DNA of 64,000 bases from Pseudovirgaria hyperparasitica (taxonomy: Eukaryota), in assembly GCA_010093815.1 (NCBI GenBank), contig ML996566.1. One strand, given 5' to 3'. Below are positions 25,743 to 38,806 of the stretch, piece after piece; position 1 is the first letter of the stretch, and each line of letters starts with the position of its first letter. The notes beneath the pieces are model-generated. The model was not told where the DNA came from and did not search any database. It worked only from the letters and a program-made list of their open reading frames with translations. Position numbers and translations under genes: made by a program.

Positions 25743-26904
25743 GCGTTCTTCCCTTTCTTAGACCCACGTCGGTTTCAACAACCATAGAAGCATTCTGGCG
25801 TCTTATATCGGCATACATAGACCGGCGTAGGTGGCACAATTCCGTTTCTGAACTTTACGTCGCCAACGGTCGACCGGTGGTGTTGACACCATATGGGCAG
25901 CAACTGCTCTGGAGGCAGGGCTTTCTCATTGGAGAACGATTGTCTTCAACGACGATACGATACCCACAACCAAGGAAATCTGCTGATGGCGCTTTGTAGC
26001 TACTCATGTTAGACACGCTGTACTACATTATAATAATTTTAATAATCTAGCGCCAGAAACGGACGCATGAAGTCCTGCGAAAACAACCAGCATATGAGTG
26101 AATTGCTTGAGTTGTCTACATACCCCAAAAAACGGTATGTAAAGTGGTGCAAATCTGATGGATTCCTTGGTTTTTTCCCCGTCGGATCCTCATCCGGGAT
26201 ACGCATGTCATCGAACGCCCCTCCCGCCTTCTCCTCAATACTCGAGTCCCCCAAGGTTTCTTTCCCCACCTTTCCGCAATGAAAATAGGAAAATCTCCGC
26301 TCTTCTCCGCTCTTTTGGGTCTTTCCACTACCCTTTTTTTTCTACCCTTTATTTTTTTCAGGGATTTATACTTTTTTGCTTTTATACTTTGAGAAATGAT
26401 TTTTTTTCTAGGTTTATTATGGCTAGCTCTTGGATATTTCAGCATAGTTGTAGTTCTGTATTATACATCGCATCGTACATGTGGAGGAGACATCCATGGA
26501 GAGGCAGAGGGGGTGGTTCACCTAGTTTAGTAGTATTGTACCGTGTATGATTAATTACCCCACTGTTTTTTCTACGGCTAGTATGGTAGCAGTAGTCCCT
26601 TGCCACTTGCCCCTTGTCCCCTGCCTTAATCCCCCTGAACGCCATGAGGATTTTGAATTGTTCGGTTTGATTGTTGATTAGCTGTTTTGGCTTTTATGCT
26701 TGGCTGGCGGGGGGTTTTTTTTGGGGTGGGTGGGAAGGTGGGTAGGTGGGTATGAGGGATGTGTACCGTGGATGGTGAGGATATAAGGAGGAGGAGGAGG
26801 ATGAGGAAGGAGGAATAGGAGTAGGAATCAGGGTGTGTTATGTGTCAGTGTTAGTGTCAGTGTCAGTCTGTATGTATTGTCTCTCTGTGTGCATTGTCAG
26901 TCTG

Positions 26905-27114
26905 TGTCTGTGTATGTCTGTGTATGTCTGTGTATGTCTGTGTATGTCTGTGTATGTCTGTGTATGTCTGTGTATGTCTGTGTATGTCTGTGTATGTCTN
27001 NNNNNNNNNNNNNNNNNNNTGTATGTCTGTGTATGTCTGTGTATGTCTGTGTATGTCTGTGTATGTCTGTGTATGTCTGTGTATGTCTGTGTATGTCTGT
27101 GTATGTCTGTGTAT
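26905..27114 (+). repeat. 10-bp minisatellite (TGTATGTCTG)n spanning an assembly gap
   Basis: Perfect tandem units on both sides of 20 Ns (27000-27019); degenerate TGTCAG-like units upstream from about 26835. Confidence 0.95.
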
Positions 27115-27919
27115 CTAATATACCTCAGACAGTGCCTAATTCCCATAGATCCTGGCGGATCAGCATCCTGGGCAGGGCAACATGGATTGTCACTGCGGGG
27201 GAGAATGCATGATTGACAGATCATACAGTAGTTTGCGGAGAGCAAAGAAGAGAAGCAAGGACGGTCGAGCTTGCGTGAACTTCAAGGAAAGAAAATCAAT
27301 CAATCAGTCGATCAATTCATCGCAAAAGTAGGCAGGAAATTGTTTGTATTGTTAATTCATTCATTTCAATACAGCAGACAAGGCGATTTATTTTTGAGTA
27401 AAAGGCATCGCAAGTCGTTCAATTTTTTTTGGTGTCCTACTACGCAATTCCTAGAAATAAAAAAATTGCGCTTCCTCCACCACTCCCATGATTAGAGAAA
27501 GAGTTCAGCCCAGATGTTTCGTAAACAGAAGAATTACCCCCCCAAAAAAACACCGACGCCTCCTCCCAGACCGAGAGTACTTGTACTACTTTCCATCTCG
27601 CTACTTCCTTTTCAGCGCAGCGGATGTGGAAAGAACATTTCGCCCCAGGCCGTTTTTTTAGCTATTCCAAGCGCGCCTTAAAAAAATTGACACCTGAGCC
27701 GCCTGCCATAATGTATATGTCCCTCCAAAGTGGCACCCGAAAGAAAACCTTTCACCCAAATATCGATAATAATTCAAAAAATAGCTGTTGAAGATACATG
27801 TCGGGTGTTGTTACAAGCCGTGCATATAGTCGTGAATATTCGTTTCAGATCGTTTTTAGTGCGCCCCGATATGTGTGAATATCGTAATATTAGTAACAAC
27901 ACTAGAGAGACGGTGACGC

Positions 27920-30900
27920 TCAACTGGCCAAGACTTTCGTCCAGTCCATCTCGCCGTATGCGTGCTCAGTCGGCATCATGGTGTTCTCTTGTGCAAAGCT
28001 CGCAAATGTCTCTCCACCAACAGCATCCAGGTTGAGCAGACTGTCAAACTCGATGTCTTCGAGCTCGTTGCCGAGGCCGGTGAAGATGTCCTGGCACATC
28101 ATCTGCTGCGTGGGATTCAGCATGTTCGGTGTGAATGTGCCAGTGCCGGTGCCGGTGCCAAAATCCTTGTAGTCTTTCATCATCTGCATGCCAGCCGGCT
28201 GCAAAGTGTCGTGCTCACTACCGTCGGTGCTGGGGGGCGTGGAAGCGAGGAAGGATTCGAGACGGCGCGCGACTTCTTCGTCGGAGGTGTTGAGATCGGC
28301 ACCTTGAGAAAGCATATTAGGATTGATGCCCTGTTTGCCGAGCATTTCGTTGTCGGAGTCAGGGGGTGGAGTGAGGTTTGTGCCTGGTGTTGCTTGGGCG
28401 TCAGAGAACCGCACAGTTGGTTGGTCGAGACTGCGGCCGGCGTTGACCAAGTCTTCGACGGTAATGAAGCGCTTGAGCGTCGGACGCTGCTGTGCTGGTG
28501 TGCCGTTTCGACTGGTTGGCTGCATCGTGGGTAGCTGGATACCAGCTTTGCGAATAGCAGCCTCGAGGAAGGCTACGGAATAATCTGCTGCTGCATACAA
28601 TTCACGAAGCTTGCCCATCACCTGCATGCATTGAGTAAAGCCGCGTAGGCTGGCACGTCGAGTCTCCTCGTCGGTTGACTTGATATCAAGCAAATGAATG
28701 ATGATAGCAGGCAAAAGACAAGTGACACCGGTGGTGGGCAGATACTTGATCAGATCTCGCTGGTCGAGTTGCGAAGCAATTGAAGTAAGGGCTGTCGCAG
28801 ATTGTCGCACTTTGAGCTTCGATATTTCAAGAAGCTCGGGATCACTTTCGCTCGGATTTGCTACAGGCATGGCAGGCAAGACCTGAGGACGATGCAGGGC
28901 TGACAACGTCGTGAAGTAGGTCATGTGCAGCAGACTTTTGTGGAGGTCGTTGACATTTTCACCAGTCAATGTTTCAGTGTAGCGTGCCTCAAACGGCAGC
29001 TCATCGACCCATCTCTGGAGCTCCTCATCACAGTCTTTTACTTCACACTTTTCTGGGTTTGTCTGCTTAGGTAGCAACATCATGGTGGTGCGGTCATTGG
29101 CTAAGCCCTGCTGGTTATTCAGCACGCAGTATTGCTTGGAGAGAACGAGGCTAATCAGCACGCAGAGCTTGGCTTTCTCGATGCACATGACGGCCAGCTC
29201 CCGTTGCTTGTCGACATTGCGGGCGAATTGACAGCTAGGCGGTATGCATGAGATAGAGTCAGGGACGGCGCTGATCTCGAAGTCGTCCATGGTAAGCATG
29301 GGCACATCGGCGTCCTGATCCTTTATGCGAGTCGGACGACGCATGCCCAAAGCTATTAAGCGGTCGCGCATGTAAGTCGACCACCATATTCGCTTCCACA
29401 GTCTGACCCTAGCTAGGTCCATGCTTGACTTTTCAGGATTGCGGTGCAAACCGATCGTGTATGCCACCGAGGTGGCGACACCCATCCAGTGCCATGTGTC
29501 CTTCTGATCATCAGGGGTTTCGTAGTAGTAGGTGAGAAGCAGCAGTGCTTGCACGAGCGAGACGCGGTCGGAATCATAATCGAAGTCGTACAGAAGCTGT
29601 GGCGGCGTTAGCGGGTAAGACCGAAAGGCAGCGGTTGCATTGCAGAATCACATGCAAGTGGATGCAGGTGTCACGCATGCATATATGTGGGGCTTACCCT
29701 TGTTCTCTGGAAAAAGTCCTTGCGAGCCTCTTTGCGCGTCGCATATCCTGCCGCGCGAAGATGAGACATGTCCACAAATGCTGATCCTGCAAACATGACG
29801 GCTTGGAATAGTATCAGGCTGACCTGCCCAGCCGTGCCGTCGTCGCGGTCAACCTTGGCGAGAAAGTCGTGCAGCTCCAGGAGCGGCATATACGGATGCA
29901 CATAGTCGATGTAGGCGGACAGCAGCTCATTTCGCAGCTTCACACTGGGAACAGTAAGGGCACCTTTCTTCTCCAGATATGATATCTCATCTGGTCCAAT
30001 CTTTGGAGGCAGAGGCTTCATGTACAAGGGGAGCAGGGTGGCAGGCAGCTTGGGAGCCAGCGTCGGCAGATACGACGGACGAACATCTGGGGCAATTGAA
30101 TAACTGAGGGATGGCACGGTCGCAGAGCCCATGGACATGCGACGATTATAATCCTGGAAACCATGATTTGCACGCTGGGAGTGCGATTGATCTGCAGGTC
30201 ACAGATGAGCATGTGAAGTGAGCGTCGATATTAAATTAAAATGGACGTCATTGGAGAAGTGAAAGGCGAGAAATGAAAAGAAGAGCGAAATAACATACAA
30301 ATTGAGTGTGGGACGTGGTCGAGATGCCGCGGTTCGACGCTATGTGGGTAGGGGGAGAGGCCGATGATGGTGTCTCGACGCTGTGCGAGCGCGCGAGGAT
30401 GATGATGCAGCGGAGCAATTGTCTTTGCCGTCGCCGTCGCCGTCGCCGGTGCCGTTGATGCATCGGGGACGGCAGACTTGCTGAAGGAATCGTCGTGTTC
30501 TTTGGTCCATTTCCTGCAACGCGTGACATCTGTTAGTCCGTGTTTCTGTGTTTCTGTGATGTGTGTGCTGTGTGTGCTGTGTGTGCTGTGTGCTCTGTGC
30601 TGCTCTACTCTGTTCCTGTTCGGCTTCCTTTCCCCTAATGGCGATGCGCGGTACAGTACTCAGAGTGGGCGCTGCTTGCTGATTGGTCGACAGGCGACGC
30701 TTCGAGCGAACTTTCCCCGCCAAAACGCCACTGGTCGCTGGAGAAAAGCAGAAAGCGGCCCCATCCCGCACCAGCTCCACGCTCACAAACTCCCATGCAT
30801 GCCGTGACCACACTCGAGACTGAGTAATCCTCTTGGGTTCTGGACCATTGGCAGGTCATCAAGCAAGCTGCTTCTGCTCACCATGACGTTTCCCAACTCT

Positions 30901-31250
30901 TTTCTTTCGACAATTGGATGGGCAAATCGGGGACACGCGGCGTTGAGAGAAAGGGCAATAAGCAAAAGAGGATAGTTAGAATATACTGACTTTTTTCTCC
31001 TGCTCTCCGATACTATGCAATCCACCTCGTCTAGGCGACAGTTGGTACACGGAGCTCCATGCTCTGTGACGTTGCATCGTACTTTGCGGGCTCTACAGCA
31101 TTGGCAAGCCTTCGATGCCCGTCTCTTGACCGGCCTGCCTGTGGATGTGCCGTCTAGGCCTGCTCCGGAGGCTTTGCGTTTCACAGGCGACGACGTCTTG
31201 GGTGTGATTTGCTCTGGCGAGTCCGAAGCGATGGAGGAGGAGTCCGACAT
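27920..31250 (-). CDS. farB: Zn2Cys6 transcription factor, cutinase transcription factor 1-beta / FarB type
   Basis: KRRASKACQCCRARKVRCNVTEHGAPCTNCRLDEVDC zinc cluster; fungal TF middle domain (YVHPYMPLL, LLYDFDYD, QALLLLTYYYETPDDQKDTWHWMG, RDRLIALGMRRPTRIK, ALHRPQVLP, YAAADY). Introns about 30514-30990, 30193-30298, 29598-29697. Confidence 0.88.
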
Positions 31251-34200
31251 GGCTGCTGTTGATGTGTATATGTAAATGGTATCGTAGTGGTGAAGTTCGA
31301 TATGAGATATGGCAAGCTACGGCCGGAGTAGCGATGTTTGATGATGCTTGATGTGGGAGAGCAATTGAGCACGCGGCCAAAACATGCCAAACACACGCCG
31401 GGGGATCACGATGGCTATAAGTATGATAGTGAATTTGCCAGGGCCATAGGCCATCGCCCAGGGTGGCCGTACCTCTAGCCATGTTGTGGACGAGCGGAGG
31501 ATTCACGAGCCTGGCTAGTGAGTGTTGCGAGTGTGTGCTCACGGTCCCACCCCATCCATCCAGAACAGCAGGTCAAGCTTCCAAGCATGCCGTATAGGTC
31601 ATAGGTTGATAGCGGCCCCCCCTGGTTCGATGTTGGTGAGGACAAGTCGCCCATCATCGGGACACTCCATTTGTGGAGTCTGCGCCTAGCAGCATCTCAT
31701 GCATCTGCCACAGCAAGACTGTTTTGTGGAGGGCTCCCCCAGCCTACTCGGGCCGGGTCTCCTACTCCGTTTGGTTCTGCCAGTGCTGCCATCCGCTGAC
31801 TATTGAACTGTCTACCACTATTACCCCAGTTCCTCTGTCTGTTGTCTGTCTGTTGCAAGAGACGAGGACCTGACGTAAGGAATCTGTGGGCGTGGCGCAC
31901 TCATCTCGATCTGCATGTGCTTCATACCCTAACCTCACCAACAAAGTACCTAAAGCTCGAGCCGTCAAGCTTCTTCAACCTGCATCGCCCATATCCGATG
32001 GAAGGATGGATGAATGCATGAGCGTTTTTTTTTTGCGTGCTGCACGCAACACACACTTTAATTAATGAATTACGCTGCAAAGAACTGGAGCTCTCTGCAC
32101 GCACTCGACTCGACACTCAAAGCTCCACGTGAACCCCACAGATGGATGGATGGATGGACGACGCCGGCAAGTCCCCTCGGATGCGGTAGCGGTAGCGGTA
32201 GCGGTATAGAAGGTAGTACTCACATTCAATTAAAACGGCCCAATGCTCATACGGCCGATTACAATCCACAAGGGGGCTCGCCGTCTTGAACAGTGGAGAG
32301 TGAAAACGCTGTCGTCTTGCTCCGAACCAACGCCGCGTGTAGGTAGATTGTAATACAGGCCCGGTCGCCGGCCGGCCATGGACTTCCCAAGCACATCCGC
32401 TAATCCAGCTTCCGTCAGGAGGCAAAAAATTGATGATTAACCACACTCCACATGAACAATTCGACTTCTCCACATGCGTTGTCGATGTCGTTCTCGTCGC
32501 CAGAACGCACGTCCGCTCGTCTCCTGCCTGCTTGCGAAATTGAATTGTCATATGACAATTGGACACACCTGAGCTAGCCAGCATGTGTGTATGTACATAT
32601 GTATGTAATCAAAGTGTGGTTCTCTTACCCTGCCCTGCAAGTTGCGCCGCCGCTCCATTCCATCGCGAAGTCAGCAAAGATCAGCCAGCGTCACTGGCGC
32701 AAGCGCGCAATAGTAATCTCCCTCCAGACTCCATCCCTAAAACCGATGCGTGACGCGAGATTGATATGGTGTGAAGCTTGTTTTTATTTCTTTGTAAATG
32801 GCACTTGATATTCGATCGGTGAGAGCCAATCACACACGCTGCCTAGTTCAAGCGTTTGGGTGGTTGGTGCCTTGACCGCAACGGAGATAGCTGGGGTATG
32901 CATGGCAGCATATATGGGCAACAACTTGCGGGGGGGTGGTCGACTTGTGTCGACATTCGATCACGATCTCCCCATGTTATCGACAGTTCTGTCATAACAG
33001 TGCGGGCTTGCGGGCGGTTTAGCACAGGACTTTCTGTGCTGTCTGTTGTTGTGTAGTGTTCTTTTCTGCCGTTCGTCTGAGTCGCTGTAGCAGTGTTAGT
33101 ATGATTGCTAAGAGGCAAGCCCGGGAATAAGTGCCGCGCCACCAAGCCAAGCCATCACCATTCTTCTCTCTCTCGCCATGGATGCTCTGCATATTTCACT
33201 TACACACGTGAGCTGCGTCTGTGCCCCCGTCTTTCTTTGACGCGAGCTATTACGACCAAGCTGTTCCGGTTCTCGTTGGTCCCAATGCAGTGCGATCGTG
33301 AATCTCTATATCGAATCGACATCCTGCCTCTCTTTCCGCTCTCTGCTGCACACTCTCTCAGCCCAGCAAGCACCAAAACGGCATGGTATTCACTTCCTAA
33401 CCCTGCTGACACCACTGCTGACTAGTATTCTTTCATCCATATGATCGTCCCGCTATGCATATCACTCCCTCCTCCTGTCAAACAAACCCTTTTCCCCCCT
33501 TCAGCGTTACCCCAGATTTCTGGCAAGCAAGCAAGCCACCACAAGAAGCAATCACATTTATTAGCGTGTTTACTACATTTGGCGCTAGGGCTAGGTGTAT
33601 CCCCTTGCCGCGCCCCACTGCCATGCTCGCCATATTCCCCCATGGCCAGCGCCAGCTAATTACCCCAGCTTTTTGGCTTCCTCCATTCCCATTCTTGACC
33701 AGTAATCAGCATTGCAATCCGAGCCGGCCATCATCGACCATGTGTCTGTCGAGCTAAGTACACGACATCGCGTCAGACCAACCAATAGCCTTCTTGAGAA
33801 GACTCTCTTGTGAGACGTCATACCGTTGTCGACACGCATCTTGTCGAATCGTGCTTTTGTATACCTGCTACCCGTTGTGGTGGATCGGAGATTCCTGGTG
33901 CGGAAATCCTCTCACAACATTTCTGCTTCACAGCCTATCAGATCCTGTCCAGACTCGATGCTTCAGGAAAACCTTGTCTCCGCATTTCCTAACGTCTGGC
34001 GCGCGAAGACAACGTATCTCGATCTGCGGGATGGATGGATGTGTGGTGTGTGTGTATGTGTGCACACATCATATCCAAAGCATGATTCGCGTTCGTGCAC
34101 CCTTCCTTCCCTGACAGCGGGCTTCAAACAAAGAGCTTGGCCGGAGTCATCTCCTTGTCGATTTGCTTGTTGACGTAAGCTGATGCTGAATATCCATACC

Positions 34201-34845
34201 ATCTACATAGGTGCAAGTTCGTCAGACCTTAGAAATGCGCGTGGCAGCTTCAATGTCACGCTGTTGCAGCTGGCTAAAGCTTTGTAAGACGTCAGATCGA
34301 CTGACAGCTGTGCTTCGTGTCAGTCTCAAGCTGCTCTGTGTGTAGGACAACTCATGCCATTCAAGTGTTACCTCATCACGTTGTCACGATGGACTGTGCC
34401 CCCTGCCTGTCTCAATGATACTCACCGCTTTTCAGCTAGTCATCCCTCACCTTCCAATTCCCGGAATCTGCACCATGCCGGTCCGTTCATGGTGAATTTA
34501 TGATTTTGTTATGCCAATTCGTGAAACAATTATAACACTGAATGGCCTAGAAGGATTGATCATTGATGAGAGATCTCACGTCGTCCCGTGACTTAGCAAG
34601 AATTCTTCCACTGACTTGCACTCACGACCAGCTGTACCTGTACATTCACTCACTGAGCTGTCCAAAGGCCCCATGATGCTATATTCATAAGTTGTATCTT
34701 CGCTCTTTTTGACACGAATCGCGCTGGTCAGGCATCACCAGTAATGCACAAAACGACTGTTATTACTCCTCCAGAAATACTTATCGCACAAAGATACAGC
34801 CAAAAAAAAGAACATCGATAGAATCCGCTAAAAGATCAGTATATG

Positions 34846-36439
34846 TTACAATTTCGAAGAGCCCTTGCCCAGCTCCTTCGTCTTTCGTTGGTAGTTCTTC
34901 ACCAGTTGTCGCACTGCTAGATCGAGCATGACGTCTTCTGAGCCTCCTGGTATTCTGCTCGGAGATTAGTATATAACTGGCTCATAGAAGGGACTGATAA
35001 CTGACCTCACACCTGGCACATCTCGGTATAATCCTATACGCTGATTAATACTGCTGGTCCCTTCAGATGTTTGGTGGTAAATCTTACTCTCAATCAATTC
35101 GCCCTGGCCTGACGCAGTGTATCCATTCCCGCCAAAGAGGAGAATAGCACACTGCGCACACTCATTGACGACAATACCCGCCTGCGCCTTGCAAAGTGCC
35201 GTGAGACCACCAAGCTCCGTATCCGCGGTCGCTTTATCAAGCTTTGTCATCTGGTACGAGAACTGTTCCACCCAAGCCCACTGACTCTCAAGCATAGCTC
35301 CACATCTCGCAAGACGATTCCGGATCACAGGTTGGTCGATCAACGGCTTGCCAAACGCCTCCCTCTTCATGACGTATTCGAGCGCGGTGCTGAGTGCAAC
35401 ACGGGACTGCCTTGTTGCGCCGATTGCGATGGACAGGCGCTCGTGGTTGAAGTTGGTCATGATGTACTTCATCCCGGCGCCTTCTTGGCCTATTGTGTTT
35501 TCAACGGGGACTTTGACTTCGTCGAGCTCGATGAATGTGGTGCCAGAAGTGGCGAGTCCACCGACAGTCATACGGCGCATTTCAACACCTTCTTGGCCGA
35601 GAAGTGGGACGGCGATCATGGAGATGCCGCCTGGGCCTTTACCGCCTGTTCGGACGGCCATGGCGGAGATGTGAGCCCATATACCCTGGTTCCGTATGGT
35701 CAGCATCATTGCAGACGTGTATACAAATATATTTTCGGAAAGTCACCAACATTTGTGATCCATTTCTTCGTTCCGGTAATGATCCAATATTTGCCGTCCT
35801 TGGACTTCTTACCCTCAGTGGTGATATTAGCGACATCACTGCCAGCATCTGGCTCGGTAATGGCAATACACGCGCGCTTCTTGCCGAGGAGAAGATCCGG
35901 CAGCAGTCTGTCTTGGAGTTCCTTGCTTCCGAACTTCAGGATTGGAGGCACGCCGAACGCGATACCAGTGGTCAGGGACGCACTTGGGCCGCCGAGACCA
36001 TTGCGAGCCATCTACAAATGAATGTCAATACGAGTTGTCCTCAGGCATCGGTCAACACTTACCTCATCAGCGTAGATCAAGCCGTGGATGGCGTCAAAGT
36101 CTTCCACCTTCAACCCAAGAATGTCGTTGATCCCGAGTGATTTCAAGCGCTCGACAGGCAGAGGAGCAGGAAGATTGGGAATAAGCATGTTAACTTTCAC
36201 GAATTCATCCCAGACGCTCCCCGGCAATGTTTTCTCCTTGTCCCATTCTAGCACCCAGTCAGGCCCAGCACGTCCAATCCATGTCGCAGAAACTCACCCA
36301 AGGCATTTTCCGTAAGATTCTTTGTTATGAACTCGCGACAAGCTTTCTGCCATTTCAGATGTGTTTCTTTGTAGATCGGTGATGGTAGCCCGCAGAGATA
36401 GGGCGGATCCGAGAATGGTACAACCGGTTGAGATGTCAT
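34846..36439 (-). CDS. Acyl-CoA dehydrogenase with C-terminal PTS1 (SKL), multi-exon
   Basis: AITEPDAGSDV, ITGTKKWITNG, FNHERL, REAFGKPL, LFGGNGY, RIPGGSEDV. The last exon ends ...KELGKGSSKL-TAA (34846-34848). Five canonical introns. Confidence 0.92.
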
Positions 36440-36584
36440 CTTAAATATACACGAAGTTCCGATATGCAATATCTAAAGCAGATGTGATTGTTTTCTCTTC
36501 AATCCGGCGTCTCGACAATGCCGACGGGAACTTAAGCTATGCTTCTTGCACCCTGCTTGTCCCCGCTACTGTGGACCGAGACGC

Positions 36585-36590
36585 CCGAGG
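36585..36590. promoter_or_regulatory. Candidate FarA/FarB element CCGAGG
   Basis: Exact CCGAGG (= CCTCGG) about 150 bp upstream of the acyl-CoA dehydrogenase ATG. Confidence 0.45.
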
Positions 36591-37119
36591 TAGCGGTGCG
36601 GAGCAAGACAGGGCTGATCCACGTGACCTTGAATCAATTCAATCTACGACAAGGGTCGATGCTCTCCGTTGTTCAGGCGATTGCATCATTAGGAAATCCC
36701 GTCCGATCCGTTGGCACTGTGTACATCAGCTAGCAGCCAGGGCCGCAACACACGAGAGCCCGGAAATACGCATCCCACGGCTCGTCTTATTCCCCTTAGC
36801 GCCCTCCGCATAGAACATGAACATGTATGTGCATGCATACCCCCTTGTACTTATCAAAAGCAAACCGATCACTCCTGTCTTCATCCATTACGAGGAGCGG
36901 TATCTGAGGGCATTGACTCGCAACCCCCGGCCTCCTATATTGTATACGGCAACAGAAACGGCGGCGTGAGTGCTTGGCTTCCGTACGATACTATAATTGT
37001 ATCATTTGAGTCTTCTGTCAGTATGCAACGTGCTTAGACGAACATGTGAAGTATTCGACTAGCTGTGAGCGGCTCGGGCAACACTGTCATAGCACAGGCT
37101 ATGCAGTTTCTCATTCCTT

Positions 37120-38510
37120 TTATACTATCTCGAACTCATAGTAAACATATGCGGTATACTCGTTGCCATCGGCATGCCCGGTGGCTTGCATCTCATTCGT
37201 TAGCGCTGTATCATCCTTCTTGACGCGACCTTGTTTGTCCTTGCCAAACGCGTTGCCACCAAGGTATGAGTACTCTCCCTCTAAGGAGGTCTTCACCTTC
37301 TTCAATACCTTGGGATTTGTCTGCATTTGAGTCAGACCACAAAAGAAGCTTGAAGTCGAAACACATACCTGTACTAACGCGCAAACGAAGTCCAAAGGCA
37401 AGCCGTATCTCAGGACGGTCTCCACAAAGACTCTCAGCGCCAGAACATGCACCCAGACCATAGCGCTTTCGCTGTAGCCTGTCCTTCCTAGTCGTAATGC
37501 CTCGCCCCAGACTTTCCGCTCGTCTTGGCTAAGCTGCTCGGCTTCCTTCCGCTCCTCCTCCTTGTCTCCTTCCTTATATTTGTACTCTCTTGGCGTCCAC
37601 CTCTTCTCTCTACATTTGTGGATGAATTCAGCGCTATGCTTCTTAAAGGTCACTACCGTATACAAAGTAAATTCGTCATCCGAGGCGACTTGTGTCGCCG
37701 ATCGCGGGACAGTCATGGGCGTTAGTGTTTCGTATGACTTCAGAAAGTCTTTGAGGAGTTGGTTGGGTACAGCTATGAGGTGAGTGTCCAAATATTCAGA
37801 ATCTTGTATGAGGGCCTTAGGTGGTACAATGGCAGCAAGCGACCGGGTCGAAAGATTACCCCTAGGGCAGAGCGTATCAGTCGAAGGTTTTACATAGTCT
37901 TCATCATGAGGAGTACATACGTTTGACGTCGTTGTGAGGCAGCAAGATTAGTCTTAACCTGGTTATACTGGTTGAACTTTGCTTTTACGTCGTTGTCAAT
38001 GCTGGCAACTTCCTAACAAACAATCAGCTGATGCGACCGGGCAACTCAAATACAGACACTTACTTTGTGGAGAGAGTCGATGAGCTCTGATATCGACTTG
38101 TCAGCCCTATACTTGACTTTGTTCCATTGAAATGAGCGCAGGTACTGGTCGACAGGCTCTATATACGACGTCAGAATCATTCATTCGAGTAGCAATGACC
38201 CGTGAGCCTTACTATCATTGATTGTTTTTTGCTGTGTGATCTTGCTCTCGTCGCCATCAAGCAAACTTCGTAGCGAATCCCCAACCTTATTGACCACACC
38301 TTCACAACCGCTCTCGAGCTTTGCAAGATCATCCGCTTGTTGCACCAGTGCATCAAGTGAGCCTATCTTGAATCCAGGGATCGAGAAAGCGTAGGTTGAT
38401 CCATTGTCTGATACTGTCTTCCGAACATGCTCGAGTGCTTCGTCGTGGTGGCTTGATGGGACAATGGATGCGGGTAGCGAGATGAGACAGTACTTCACGC
38501 CCTTGGACAT
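37120..38510 (-). CDS. VMA5: V-type ATPase V1 subunit C, 5 exons
   Basis: FKIGSLDALVQQADDL, YLRSFQWNKVKY, IDNDVKAKFNQY, GNLSTRSL, SEYLDT, YETL..M.VPRS, RVFVETVLRYGLP, YVYYEF. Confidence 0.95.
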
Positions 38511-38806
38511 GATTGAGAGACGATCCAAAGAACAATAATGTTATGCCGAGGGGGGAGGGAGGTCGCGTTCGTCAACGATGTTTTATGCCGATGCTTGCTT
38601 CAATACCTAGCTCCAGCCTCAAGCAACGGAGAGCGGTACTTAAGCCGCCTTTCCACTTTCGTCATAGCGCTCGGGCGGGGCAGTCGAGCAGAGCTCTCAG
38701 GTCCTCCGATCGCCTATCGGCGGCACAAGCAGTGCTCAAGATATATCTTTCTACGTCTCGCTCCGGTAACTTTCTTTTCGCAATTGCCCTGCATCAACTT
38801 ACGGTC

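Noticed and set aside
26385..26405. ATCATTTCT on the minus strand resembling U3 snoRNA box A
   Set aside because: No box A', B, C or D in the right order and spacing; surrounded by low-complexity A-runs.
26833..27245. ORFs with VCVCLCMSVY or TDIHRHTQTY repeats
   Set aside because: Translations of a stop-free 10-bp minisatellite across an N gap.
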